A DNA stretch of 63,744 bases, counting the filler, from Reticulomyxa filosa (lineage: Eukaryota > Protista > Foraminifera): assembly GCA_000512085.1 (NCBI GenBank). It is 21 parts of 21 records of this genome, joined end to end, with 100 filler letters (N's around TTAATTAATTAA, not from the genome) between each part and the next. Parts side by side here need not be neighbours in the genome. Positions count along the whole stretch, not along the records: positions 37,059 to 38,975 come from ASPP01002693.1; positions 39,076 to 40,078 come from ASPP01009316.1; positions 40,179 to 44,841 come from ASPP01012827.1; positions 44,942 to 49,399 come from ASPP01007128.1; positions 49,500 to 52,413 come from ASPP01006920.1; 16 more parts are not named here. The stretch is one strand, 5' to 3'. Below the pieces are notes generated by a model. It saw only the letters and a list, made by a program, of their open reading frames with translations, did no database searches and was not told the origin of the DNA. Below, piece after piece: positions 38,256 through 50,842 of the stretch. Made by a program: the position numbers and the translations under genes. Within the stretch, counting starts at the first letter, position 1. Each line of letters begins with the position of its first letter.

Positions 38256-38975
38256 ATGACTACCCTTCTCAATAACAAACAAATTTCAACTCAATTACCA
38301 TTGATAAGCTTTATTTCAAGCTTTGAGAAGTTTCTTTTTATTATATTTGTTTTGATTAATTTAGTCAGAAGAAAAAAAGATTAAAATTATTATCCAGCGT
38401 TGGATTCGAATATTATGCATTAAATTTGGATGGATAAATGATTTCGATAAACTGGTTTTTAATTATGTTATGTTTTTTTTTATTTAATTGTAATAAATAA
38501 AATACATATCATCATTGTTAACACAGGCAACTACTTTTTTTATATTTGATATATTTCGTTTATCATCCAAATTACTTCATATATTCAATGGACATACCAT
38601 TGGTGTGAATAGTATTGATTATTTAACATTTGATGATCGTCAATTTATTTGTTCTGGATCAGATGATAATGAAATTTGTGCATGGGATATTGAAACAACA
38701 AAAAAATTGAATGCATTCAAAGGACATGAAAATATAGTAAAGAGTGTAAAAATATGAATCAAATGAATTATTAAATACAATATTATCTGGATCACAAGAT
38801 AAAAGCATTCATTTGTGGGATATTCAATTTTATCAACAAATTCAAGTGTTCAATGGATATACAAGTATTATATGGTCTGTTGAATATTCACCATTTGTAA
38901 TAAAGAATAGTGAAATTGATGGAAATTCAAATGTGATATGTTCTGAATCATTGGATAGTACAATTCGTTTTTGGG
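38256..38975 (+). pseudogene. Member of a lineage-expanded WD40 family, frameshifted and 3' truncated
   Basis: IIQRWIRILCIKFGWINDFDKLV lead-in, then FNGHTIGVNSIDY..ICSGSDDNEICAWD, FKGHENIVKSVK, frameshift near 38750, SGSQDKSIHLWD, SLDSTIRFW. Confidence 0.85.
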
Positions 38976-39132
38976 NNNNNNNNNNNNNNNNNNNNNNNNN
39001 NNNNNNNNNNNNNNNNNNNTTAATTAATTAANNNNNNNNNNNNNNNNNNNNNNNNNNNNNNNNNNNNNNNNNNNNAGCTACTGCATAAGCCCCGTCGATG
39101 CGCCGCCGGCTTAGCCGGGCAACGTTGCAGCC

Positions 39133-39160
39133 AAACAAAAAGCGGCCCGCAGGCCGCTTT
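39133..39160 (-). terminator. Rho-independent terminator downstream of ridA
   Basis: Minus strand AAAGCGGCC-TGCG-GGCCGCTTT-TTGTTT: a 9-bp stem, 4-nt loop and U-rich tail, ~24 nt after the ridA stop. Confidence 0.88.
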
Positions 39161-39183
39161 GCTTGTTGCTACCAGGTAGCAGC

Positions 39184-39570
39184 TTACTCGCCCAGCACCA
39201 TCACGGCGTCGGCTTCTACCTGTACGCCTTTGGGCAGGCTGGCCACGCCGATGGCGGCGCGGGCCGGGAACGGCTGGCTGAAGTACTGGCCCATGATTTC
39301 GTTGAAGGTGCCGAAGTTGGACAGGTCGGTCAGGAAGGCATTCAGCTTCACGATCTGGTCCAGGCTGCCGCCGGCGGCTTCGCACACGGCTTGCAGGTTC
39401 TTGAACATCTGGTGGGTTTCCGCAGCAAAACCGCCTTCCACCACGGTCATGGTGGCCGGGTCCAGCGGGATCTGGCCGGACAGGTACACGGTGTTGCCAG
39501 CCTTGACGGCTTGCGAGTAGGCGCCGATTGCGGCCGGGGCTTTGTCGGTATGGATGATTTCTTTAGCCAT
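39184..39570 (-). CDS. ridA: Bacterial RidA (YjgF/YER057c/UK114) enamine/imine deaminase
   Basis: [41 protein letters not shown] (catalytic Arg present). AGGAG RBS and TGATG stop/start overlap with the upstream gene. High GC, no introns. Confidence 0.96.
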   Translation of the reverse strand: MAKEIIHTDKAPAAIGAYSQAVKAGNTVYLSGQIPLDPATMTVVEGGFAAETHQMFKNLQAVCEAAGGSLDQIVKLNAFLTDLSNFGTFNEIMGQYFSQPFPARAAIGVASLPKGVQVEADAVMVLGE

Positions 39571-40078
39571 CAGGCTTCTCCTTCTTCGTGCAGGAACAGG
39601 GTTAACAGTTCATTCAGGAAGCGCTGGCCCTTCAGCGTGGGGCGGATGTGGGTGAGGTCCTGTTCGATCAGGCCCTCGGCCAGTGCTTGCTGCAATTGTG
39701 ATTGGATACAGGATACCGGCAAACCGGTGCGCTCGGTGAACAGTCTGCTTTCAAAGCCACCGGTAAGGCGCAGCAGGTTCATCATGAACTCGAACGGCAG
39801 GTCTTTGCGGCCAACCTTGTTACGGGTTTGCACCGGCTGGCCGTCGGCCACCGCCTGCATATAGGCTGCCGGCTGCTTGTAGCGCATCTCGCGCACGATG
39901 CCGTCGTGGGCGCTGATCTTGCCGTGGGCGCCGGCGCCGATGCCGACGTAGTCGCCAAACTGCCAGTAGTTGACGTTGTGGCGGGCAAAGCGGCCGGGCT
40001 TGCCGAAGGCCGAGGTTTCGTAGTGCACGTAACCGGCGGCCTCCAGCCGCGCCTCGATGGCTTCCTGCATGTCGGCCG
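39570..40078 (-). CDS. hemW: Bacterial radical SAM heme chaperone HemW (HemN-like), C-terminal part
   Basis: [39 protein letters not shown] and the HemN_C tail [13 protein letters not shown]. Confidence 0.93.
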
Positions 40079-40643
40079 NNNNNNNNNNNNNNNNNNNNNN
40101 NNNNNNNNNNNNNNNNNNNNNNTTAATTAATTAANNNNNNNNNNNNNNNNNNNNNNNNNNNNNNNNNNNNNNNNNNNNGCGATCCTTCTGGCTATGTGGT
40201 CATATATATTGAACCTTTTCATATATGCAAGATCTTTGCAATTACTACCCTTTTCCCTTTTGTGCTTGTGTCATGTGTTATACATTATCCTTTCTTCGTT
40301 GGGTGCTAAGTTTTTTTTTTTTTTTTTTTTGTCAGTTTTTTTGAGATGAATTGTACGCAAACTTCTTTCTCAAACAACAAAAAAAGATTTGCCATCGACT
40401 TCAAATTTTTATCATAAAAAAAAAGCTATAACGATTTTTTCTTAAGATTTTAAAGTGTTTGAAAAGTACAAATGAAACGACGAACGGTTTTGTTGCTAAA
40501 CTCGGACTCTAAAATTTTTTCAAATGTGAACATTTTTGTTCGTTTTTTTTTTCCACGTCCCCTCAAAAAAAACTGCAAAAGAACTCGAAATTTTTCAGAT
40601 GATCAAGAAGCAAATAGCAAAAAAATCAAACAATTTTTGGCAA

Positions 40644-42000
40644 TTAAAGAACACGGCCCAATAGAATCTCCAAACAAATTTTTTCTCGAAAATATTGAAT
40701 GGAGCTCGGATCACTGGAAAAATTAGGAAAGAAGCCGTGAGCAATCCAATACATAAAATTACAAACAAAGACACCACAGTCATAACCATTAGATTGTCGA
40801 GGGGCGCTCATGACGCATGTATCCATATTTTGGATCAGTGTGACCAATTCCAAGGCATGTTTGGAAGCCCGTGTATCCAGCTGCTTGTCCTCCCATTCTT
40901 GGAACAAGTAGAGCTTCATACATTTTGCAAAGTGTTGAAAATCGGGCTTAGAGTTTTTTGGATGGAACAGTGAGTCGTAGTATTCGATCTGACGATCTCT
41001 CAAGTTTATCACACCACACGCCCAATGCAGTTTGCCTTTCAAATGGATCGGAAATATTATCTTATCCAAAATTAAATATTGTGTCGATTATTTTTATTCT
41101 ACCTTTTATGTAACTAAATTTTATTTTTTTTTAAGTAAAAAAAAAGTGTTACTTTTACTTTAACTTTAACAAAAAAAAAAAAAAAGTGGCATACAAGTTC
41201 AGAGCGAGTCCACCTTTGGACTTGTTTATATTGAAAGGTGTCATTTTGTTCGCCAGTTAATTTGGAATAAAAAAAGGAATTCAACAGCAAGATGGGACGA
41301 TTGAACTCGACACATCTTTGCTGTAACATGTCTGTGTACATGTTTACCAACTCGTCATTCAGCCATTGGTCCTTTCGACATCTTTGCAAGGTTTGTAATG
41401 GAATATTCCCCATTGGTGTGTCAATTATTACTCTGCCTTCATTCCATTGACTTTCCACTCGTCCGTACATCACTTCGTTCATTACTTTTCTCTCTTGGCA
41501 TTGTGGAAACAATGGAAAAGACCCCTGTTTTCTTTTCGGCTCCCTTTCGTCATTTTTGTCAATTCTTCTGAACGTAGGTTCCCTTTAAAGATAATAACAA
41601 TTTTTTTTGTCGGCATTTTAAAAGGATGCAGTTTATAGTCAATCAATAAAATTGGCCATTGAAATAAAAAAGCCCATCAAATGTTTGCTTGTTTGTTTGT
41701 TTTTTACAAGACGCATAAAAAGAAACAGAAGACGTAGGGGGGGAGGGCGGCAGACAACCAAATTTAATATCAACTCAAACTGAACGGGGCTATTTTCTCG
41801 GATAGTTGCTCTTTGGTAGCGTGTGGATTATTTGTGGTGCTTGCTTTTTTTTCCAGTTCCAGTTCACGGACTCTAATTATAACGATATTATATACGCAGA
41901 GAACACTTAGCAGAAAGAGTAGGATAAAAAGAAGCAATTGGAATGATGCCATTTGTTAGTTTTTTTTCGCGTTAGTGGCACCCTTTTTTTCTTGGCGTCA
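40644..42000 (-). CDS. Ulp1/SENP SUMO protease (peptidase C48), multi-exon, 5' exon uncertain
   Basis: WLNDELVNMY, LNSFFYSKL, VQRWTR, catalytic His (HWACGVI), Asp (YYDSL) and Gln/Cys (RQSNGYDCGVFVC). Confidence 0.92.
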
Positions 42001-42104
42001 TTTTTGTTCTTACTTATACGCTGAAAACTGGAAATATATTATCATTTTTAACCGAAAAGACGCAGTCACTGGCTAATAAAAATACTAAGATCTTTTTTTA
42101 TAAA

Positions 42105-44205
42105 ATGTCCAGGCTTGCGCGTGGTTTAACTCCGTCCAAAAAAACTCTTGTCTGTCAGAATTTGCACATATGATGTGGAAGCTGGAAGAAAAGAGCGATG
42201 AGGGCGTAGTATTACGGGTAAATCCCGTATCTTTGCTTTTTTTTTTTTGCGTGCATACATGTATATTTGTTTTTGGCTCCAAAAATCCAATATACAAAAA
42301 AAAAATGAAAGCTCTCAGAAACCAATGCCACGAAGATAGGAAAAGTGTTGTCCTCTTATGGCATGCAAACAAATGGACGACTGTCGCTGTACTTTATTGA
42401 GATCGACAGCAAAGAGGAGATAAGCGTGTCAGTAAAGTCAGGGGAGATTTACATCCATTGTAAATCTCGTGAGAAGAGTGTGGGACAAATGATCGGCGAC
42501 GCGCTTGTGATGGCGTCGGACGAGAAGAGATTGCAATCGACAATAAAGTTGGACGTGTGCAATTGTGAGATAGCGAACGTGTTGCAAAGCAACGTCGCGA
42601 ATAAAGCGTTGAAAGGACAGTTGTCCCTCCAAAACCTGAACGTGAGCGATCAATCCACGTTGGATCAGGTGTTGCAGTGGATTCAAAATGACAAGATTGT
42701 CTCCATTCGAAATCTCCGCTTTCGAAAAAACACGAAGCTTTCGTTTAAGCATTTCGGAAAGGCGCTGCTCGCCACGACGGCGTTGAAAGAATTGACGTGG
42801 TATCGCTGCGAAGAAGAAGGCATGGATATGAACCTCGACCAATTGAAACGACACGTCAAAGTCGTCAGTCAATTCAATTTCTCTTTGCTCGAGTTCGGAT
42901 GCATGTATTGCTCCTCTCGTCAGTGCAAGTCCTCTGTTTCTATTTGGTGGGAGTCAGTTCGAATACGCAACCTGGAGGGCCCGTCGGAGGATGATATGTC
43001 TTTGCGTGCCATTGCCATCGAGCCCAAGGAAGACATTAGAAAATCCTCGTTGAGTGAGCGGACGTCGCACGTGTCCAAGGTCGAAAGAAAAGAAACTGAG
43101 GCTGTTGTGCATCGAGTTAATTATATACGTTACATCTCTATATTTTGTTGACGATATAATATATATATTTGAAAATGGCAAAAAAAAAGACTTCCGAAGT
43201 TGGCTTCGCAAAGATAAGCGATATGCTGTCCTTGTACGAGTCCAAAGTGAAGGTGTCGCTTTCACTTAGCTCTTCTTTGGCTGAGAAGAAACAACAACAA
43301 CAACAACAACAACAATCACCTTGGCGGAGTGGAATGTGTCCAGCGCAACTTGCCAAACAAATCCTCTCCAAAAATTTTGCCTTGTCCCAGGCCCACTTTG
43401 ATGCTGAACAAGACTTGTGCTATTGTAACGAATGCTGCGCCAAACGAAACGACAAAGACTGTTATTTCCGAGGCAAGCCTCCCATGAAGTATGTCATTCC
43501 AAGAGGGTGGGTTCGCGTCGGACTCCAAGTCCCCAAAGGCAAGGTCTTGGACAATAAAGTTTTTGATGAGTGGCATGTCGCATTTCATGGAACTGATGTC
43601 GATGGAGTGCGTGGCATTTTCAATTGCGGCTTGCAATTGCTCAAACCTGGCGATGTCAAATTGGGTGGAGATAAAATTTCCATTTCAAGAGGACATATTA
43701 TGAGGCCTTTTCAAAGAACTAATCTATATACCAATGAAGAGGAGTTATTTGATCCAAATCAAATCTTTACAAGTCCATCCATCAAGTTCAATTTTATTTG
43801 TATACGCTTGTACATATTTGTCTATGCTTGCACTTGTTTATACGATAGATATGCCGCTCATGGCTGCTATGCCAAGTCATTCTATTGTGAGCATCCTCAA
43901 GATCGCAATCGCTTTTTGCGGGTGGAGTTTGGCTTTCAAGTTATGTGAAACTCCATTTTTTTTTGTGCTGCTACTCTACTATATACACGCCGCACATTAT
44001 AATGTATTTTTGTTCCCAGGTGCGCCAAAGACCAGGATCGTATTCAATTGGTCAAGAAACGGTTGGGGCGATGCGTGATGGGATTGTACTGGACGAATAT
44101 TTTAATAATAGTGAATTGGAATGGTATACACAAGAAAATGTTGGTATTGTTGTTTATGGGCTGTTGATGAAAATCAGAGAAGCAGATACCAATCCTTCAC
44201 CCTAA
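42105..44205 (+). CDS. Protein with a C-terminal NEURL4-type ADP-ribosyltransferase domain, multi-exon, start uncertain
   Basis: CYCNEC..RGKPPMKYVIPRGWVRVGL, WHVAFHGT, LLKPGD, IFTSPSIK|YA, FQ|VRQRPGSY, ELEW, VYGLLMKI reproduce the NEURL4 C-terminal ART pattern. Confidence 0.85.
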
Positions 44206-44583
44206 AAATAGACATCTCTTGCAAGAAAAAAAGTGGGAATTACTCAAAATAGAAATAGTCAATGTTTTGTAACAATATGTTGAAATTGCGTATTGCAATC
44301 TCACCGTCTTTTTCTCTTTTGGCTTGTTTCAATCGGCGAATAAAATTTCATCTTGATGCATACAAAAGAAAAACGCTCTTTCTGCTAAAAGAAAACAATT
44401 GAAACAAAACGAATAAATGTAGGGCAATACTTGTGACAAGGTACTGCGTTGATTGAATTACAAATAAAAGGATAAAAAATGTTGTTCCTCCGCTCCCCGC
44501 CCAAATACCAAAAACTTGTCACAAAGCAAGTATATCGTAACAAGAAGAGAATTAAGCTCAAAAAGAAAAAAAAGAAAAGAGAA

Positions 44584-44841
44584 TTACACAATCAAATTAG
44601 AAATCAATCCTATAACAAAACCTTTTTCAAAGGGATGATTTTGCATGAGAAGAATAGGATCTTCAGAAGGACACCTTAAAATAGTCGGTGCAAATACAAT
44701 GGCAATGTTTTCCAAATTCATTTTCGTTACTTCAATATATTCGGGGGCCATCCATTTTTTCAAAAAGTTCACCAAATATCGGAGTGTCTCTTTGTTCACC
44801 TCTGTTCAAATACCAATTACACAAGGATGACCAATGTGATA
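44584..44841 (-). CDS. RhoGAP domain, C-terminal fragment
   Basis: NKETLRYLVNFL..TKMNLENIAIVFAPTILR is the conserved RhoGAP C-terminal block. Confidence 0.88.
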
Positions 44842-46127
44842 NNNNNNNNNNNNNNNNNNNNNNNNNNNNNNNNNNNNNNNNNNNNTTAATTAATTAANNN
44901 NNNNNNNNNNNNNNNNNNNNNNNNNNNNNNNNNNNNNNNNNACGTGAGTTCAACAGCGGCGAGTGCGTTTAGCGTGCTGAAAGGCGCCTTCACGGAGGCC
45001 AAGTTGTTCACGAAGCATTTGACCGGCAAGATTATCGAAAGCAACGACGACCCCCGTGTTTCGCTTGCCTTGCAAAAACTTGACAGTTTTTTTTTTTAAA
45101 AAAAAAAAAAAATTCCCTTTCAAAAAAAAATTTTTTTTTTTTTTTATTACGATTTTTTTTTTTTTTTTTTTTTTAAGAAAGGATGAGTGTGTAAAATTTT
45201 TTTTTTAACAAATTTTTAATAATTTGTAAACACAAGTTTTTCCTTTTTGTTTGGCTTGTGCTGGTCACAGAGCTTTCCATTTGTTTTATTTTATATTTTT
45301 TTTTGCATTGATAGTAAAGTTAGAAACAGAAAAGGAAAAAATATTGAGAATATGCTCAGATTGGAGTGCGGCTTTTGGACAATAAAATTTACTATGTTGC
45401 TTAAGATCCGTCACTAAAGAACAATCTGAAATAGAAAAAGAAACACAGTAATTTGGTATGAAATTATTATTCTTTTTTTGTTTTTTGTTTTTGCTTGTTG
45501 GTTGGGTCGTTATTACCCTGCTAAAATCTGATTGCCGTTGTTGGATTGTTATATTTTGCTGTGACTTCCTTCATCTTCTAAAGTAGTGTGTCTTTGCCTG
45601 ACCTTTTTTGGTTTTGTAGCACACTTTGCAGATTTTTACATAATTGCATTGGATTTATTCACTGTGAAAAAAAGAAAAGAACAATATAAGTGAAAGGTCA
45701 AGGAATTGTCTTTTTCTGCTCAAAGGAATTTATTGATTTTACATATACATTTTTTTAAGGATATATTGGTAATAATTAACGTAGGATATGCAATCTTCAA
45801 TTTATTTGAAGTTTTTAAATTTATTTTTATCAATTATCACTAACTTTAGTTTGCAGTAATTAATAAGCTATGTTTCCACTTTGAATTAGTCAAGATGGGT
45901 TCACAACAATTGATAATGTTGCAACTATCATTTTGTTAGCTGTTGATTAGTTACATTATTTTTTCATTAAAACGGCAACAAATTTAAGTGTTATTTAAAA
46001 AATTTGTTATATTTTAACATCTGGTTGAAAAAGTAGTGTATACATTTAAATAAATTTTAACAAACTGATTGAAAATTTAATTTAAAAAAGTTATATAAAG
46101 ATTGACGTTAATTTAGTAAAACATAAG

Positions 46128-49100
46128 TTACTCTTTTGGCAGTTTGAAACCCAATATATTTTCCAGCAAGTATTGAAAATTTATTTTTCCAGGTATTTGT
46201 TTCATCAGCTCTTGTCTTGAATATCCGGTCAATTTTTCGAAACTCACTAAGAGTTCTTCTCTTGTCATCTTTTCCCCTTTATTACACATATCAAATTTCA
46301 GTTTTTAAACAACACAAAATACTCGAAGAACTTACCACACGTTTGCAATATGTCCAGAAATGTTCCACGATTTATGCCTTCACAGTCTTGACTTGTAAGA
46401 CTGCCTGAAATTAAGTGGAAAACATCTTCCATTTCTGATTCACCAATTCCATATGTCCATCGATAATTGACAAATACTATTGCGATAAACATTTTTAGAT
46501 ATAATTAAAAGATACTAATAAAATAAAAATAAAAATAACATTGAATCAATTGCTTTAGGTCTACTGTTGCATTCTCGCCATGTGGTAAAACTTTTTTACC
46601 AAACCTATATTCGATTTCTTGTGACAAATGCTCTATTTCGATTTGGGATAAATAAAGTCCCATTGACTGCATTACCATAACAACTTGTGCAACAGACAGT
46701 CCATTTGACAAATTTTCGTTGACAAGCGTTGCTCTATACGACAAAAAATTTCTTCATCAGAAAGCAAATAAAGGAAAGTAAAATTTTTTTAGTTGCACTT
46801 TTTAATCTGAGCATAATAAAAGTAATCGCTAATTGTTTTTAATGCGTTTTCATTACTGCATTGAGCCAATAGTTGTTCAAATGCCTCATTATCTTGTGGA
46901 GAAAGTCGGATTTGTTCATCCAATTTGTTATGTTCAAACTGCCAGACAGCAACACAGCCATGATCATCTTCTGTACTTCCACTAGTTACAACATAACGAC
47001 CATTGAATGTACATAAATTGGAAATTGCATTTGGATGGGCATTAACAGCATTGCATCGATACGGATTTCCACTCCAAGGCCACTTAAAGACGCCAATGAT
47101 CTGCTGAAATGTCATAAAAGCATAGTATTCACTCAATTTATTTCGTATTCGTATCGGAACGATCCTATTTTTTGGATATGTATGTCAGCTCTCAAATGTT
47201 ACAATTTATTTTATTTTTCCTGTTCGCGCTATTGCAAATAATTCTGTCTTGGACATACTTTTTAATGGGTAAATCATAAAATGGACCTAATACGGTTCGC
47301 CGAAATTCGACACTGCCAAATGCTTCATCTGGCTCGTTTTTGAGTTTGTTTTTACCACTGCTTCCATCACTCATACTTGAAAACTTATTGGAATTGACAC
47401 AAGTGTCATCAGATTCATTATCGTCCTTCTTTGGTTTGACCCTTTCGGCACCAAATATATGAAATTTCAAGTCGTCGTCACAAACAATTAACAAATCTGT
47501 TTGCAACATTATCATACAATTTTAAATATTTGTTAATTAATTTATTCACATTGATTCAACCTATCCAAATTTTTGAAAAGACATAATGTAATTTTAAGAG
47601 TTTGTAAAAAACCTTCTTTATATTTCCATTCTCCATCAGCAAAATATGGCTCTCTTTCTGCATCTGAAAGTTCCACAAACTTATTACTTTCATCCAGTAC
47701 AATTCCTGGAATAAAGCAGCACGTGGTCGGCACACTTCGTTGCGTCACTTTTGTAGATTTCTTTTTTTCCAAACGACAAAAAGCACCAGATGATTCATTT
47801 TTAGTTTGCAAAGAGTAGTTCATCGGAAAAAGGAAAAGGAAAAGGAGAAGAAACAGTCTTTGACCAATAAATTAAGGCCATTTTCCAAAGAGCTGTTTAG
47901 CAAATCATATTCTTGTAAGAGTCGGTCTTTTCCAACAGAAAATAATCTTGGCATATCACGAAACAATTTTTGGTCCACTTGAGAGGGTTCTCCAAACTGG
48001 ATGTCCATTATTTTGTCCACATGTGATTGGTAATTTCCAATGCTCACCCACTCTTTTTCATTGGAGCGTTTATCCCAATTTTTATAATAATACCTGTACA
48101 CACAAACTGTCTGCCCAAATCGAAACGCAAAAAAGTTTCCATCTGGAGAAAATTCCAACTGTTCCAGCACTTCACTTCGATTGAATCTGTTCAATAACAT
48201 TAAACGATGTATCCGTACGTATACGTTACAACTGAGTGAAAAAATCAAATATTTTTTTTTTTTTTTTTGCAACTAACCGAAACATTTGTATTTCTGTTAG
48301 TGTATCTACAACATATAATTTAATAACGTTGTTTTGAGTGACAACCGCCATCCACTTTCCAGTGGGATCAATCTTGAGCAACTGAAAACCAAAATATTAT
48401 GGTTACGCTTTAGCATTTTTCAAAAAAGAGTGAGAAGATAGAGGAGGAAAAGGAGCAAGGAAGAGATTTTGTTTTAAGACAGTTTTTTTTTTTTTCTTGT
48501 CATTCGTGTTTGGTATGGTTGAAGCAATTTTTAACAAGAATTTGCTTGTTGTTGATAACATTGACAGTTGATAAACACTTTTTATCAAGTAAATAATCCC
48601 AAATTTCAATTTTGCCATCGTAAGTGCCAATATAAATTTTCGGTTCTTTTGGATGAATATCAAAACAAGCGGGAGTAATAATTAATGTTGAAAGAAGGCA
48701 TTGTTGTATGGCCTCCGTGTCAAACTTGACAATTCTCCCTTCACCATCGGATACGTCTTGCTGTGTTTGGAGTGACTTTTTCGAGTTCACCCAGAATATA
48801 CTGGAGTTTTTTGTGCACAGCAGCATACTCGGTAAGACAAATGTCTCGATTTGATTGCTCAATTTTTGCTCGGCCGACAATGGAAAAGAAATTGATATAA
48901 CTTCATCCGCCAATTTGTCAACCCACCCAATGACTCGAAACTGAACACATATTGCAAAAGTGGATATAATAGAGCAAGATCAGAACCACCCTTCCCCCCC
49001 CCTTTTTCCCCCTTTGCAGGACTTTCAATAGCAACAATAAGCAGAAAACGTATTGTTTAAGGCGAAATATTTGGACAAACCTCAAAATCGAAAAACTTGA

Positions 49101-49360
49101 CCGATCCATCTTTGCATCCCACAACGATAATATCGTCATTAATGATTTGCAAGCAATTGACACAATCACGGACCAATCGTATTACTTTAATGAGGCTTCT
49201 ACAAGTTTGAGGCAACGTATGCCCATTCTGTTCGGTCGAACTTTGTTCATCAAATTTCCACAACAACAAGTCTCCTAATCTGTTGCCAGAGAGAACTGCG
49301 TTGAAAACACCAGGCAAAAATACTGATCGTGTCAATCCTCCGAGTCCATTGCTTCTACCC

Positions 49361-49399
<39 letters not shown>
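46128..49399 (-). CDS. CFAP251: Cilia- and flagella-associated protein 251 (WDR66), multi-exon, 5' truncated
   Basis: WVSIGNYQSH, PRLFSVGKDRLLQEYDL, RRTVLGPFY..P, WSGNPY..AHP, DYFYYAQIK, MQSMGLYLSQIEIE, LQTC|GEKM and terminal ENILGF match the WD40 + degenerate EF-hand layout of CFAP251. Confidence 0.88.
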
Positions 49400-49499
49400 N
49401 NNNNNNNNNNNNNNNNNNNNNNNNNNNNNNNNNNNNNNNNNNNTTAATTAATTAANNNNNNNNNNNNNNNNNNNNNNNNNNNNNNNNNNNNNNNNNNNN

Positions 49500-50070
49500 A
49501 AAAAAAAAAAAAAAAAAAAATTAATGTATTTGCCATTTCTTCATCATTGTCATTATGATTATCATCCTGATCATCTTCGTTGTTTTCAACTTTTTGACAC
49601 AAAGGCACAGGCAAAGTGTCAGCGATAACGTCTAAAAAACGTTGCAAGCTCTCTTCATTGATGAAAATGCTGTCACAGTTGTTAATGATTGCATAGACAG
49701 TAGGAGGATTTATTGGCCGCAAATTGGCAGTGTGCAACTTTTCCAAACGTGATAATTTTAATGTGCCCTTGAGTTCGGTGTCATTGTCGTGCGTAGGAAG
49801 AGGCATTTTGTCTAACGCGTCAAAAAGTGCTTTCAGATGCTCGCGTTGGCATGCTGCAGCTGGTGACTCTTTCAAATAGTTGTTCACCTCTTTCGTTATC
49901 CACACACTCGCTGCCAATGCACTGACTTGCCCTGCTGGAGTCCCTTTAGTTGATGCTGGCGGCTCAAATGCCGACTTTAGTAATGTATTTTTGTTGAACT
50001 CCAGTATGTCCAATACTTCTCGATTGGTCAATGCGCCGACATGACTATTTAAACTTTTTAAACATTTTTT
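49500..50070 (-). CDS. RPC9: RNA polymerase III subunit RPC9 (C17/CRCP), 3' truncated
   Basis: [57 protein letters not shown] (Rpb4/RPC9 HRDC-like fold). Confidence 0.85.
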
Positions 50071-50842
50071 TTTTTTAACTCTTAAAACCTTTTCTTGGTC
50101 AACCAAGTTTATTTTTGTTTTTTTTTTGAAAGAAAGGTTACATTTCCATGGATCAAAAAAAAATTGAGTTGGACCTGATGATGAATAAAGTTGATATATC
50201 TCCTTTTTTGGTTTAATAGAACAATGTACCTGAAATTGAACAATAAAAAAAGGGGTACACTTTGAAAGGTTGTCAGGTGATCAAATCCTACAGTTGTTTG
50301 TTTTATTGCTGATTATTCCTCTGCCAAATCATCATAAACAGAACAAAGGAAGCAAATATGTAAATCCTCAAAAATTTTATTAAATAAAATTAGCGTCCTG
50401 ATTTTGCTGATTGAAAATCGATTGCTAACTGTGAGCACAGCAATGTTAAATAATAGAAAAGCTTGTGTTATTTTCAAAATTATTGTCTTTAGTTCACTTC
50501 AACATACAAAAAATTTGAATTTTAGTTAACAATTATTCAAAATTTGTTTAAAGTTATTGCAGCACGCAAAGTACAACACAATAAATATAACTAAAAACAA
50601 AGAAATTTGATTGCAATTGTTCAAAGTTAAAACACATTACAATTGTTTTGAAAAATTCAAGATAGAACTTTCGTTTATATGAGTTTAACAACGATAATGA
50701 TAAATATCAAGGTTTAATTATATATTTTGCACGTGTCTAGATTGTTCTGCATTGTATTACAAGAACACATTTCAATCAATGGTGTCCACATAAAAAAAAA
50801 AAAAAATTAATAATAAAATATCGTTGTTTGTATCTGTTGTGG

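Noticed and set aside
39098-40130. Plus-strand ORFs over the bacterial contig
   Set aside because: They are GC-rich antisense shadows of hemW and ridA.
41770-41952. Signal peptide or TM anchor on the Ulp1 protease
   Set aside because: The hydrophobic reading comes from a pyrimidine-rich stretch ending in TAG that looks intronic. It cannot be supported without cDNA.
44942-45085. 47-codon coding-like fragment (VSSTAASAFSVLKGAFTEAKLFTKHLTGK..)
   Set aside because: Probably a real exon, but too short to assign.
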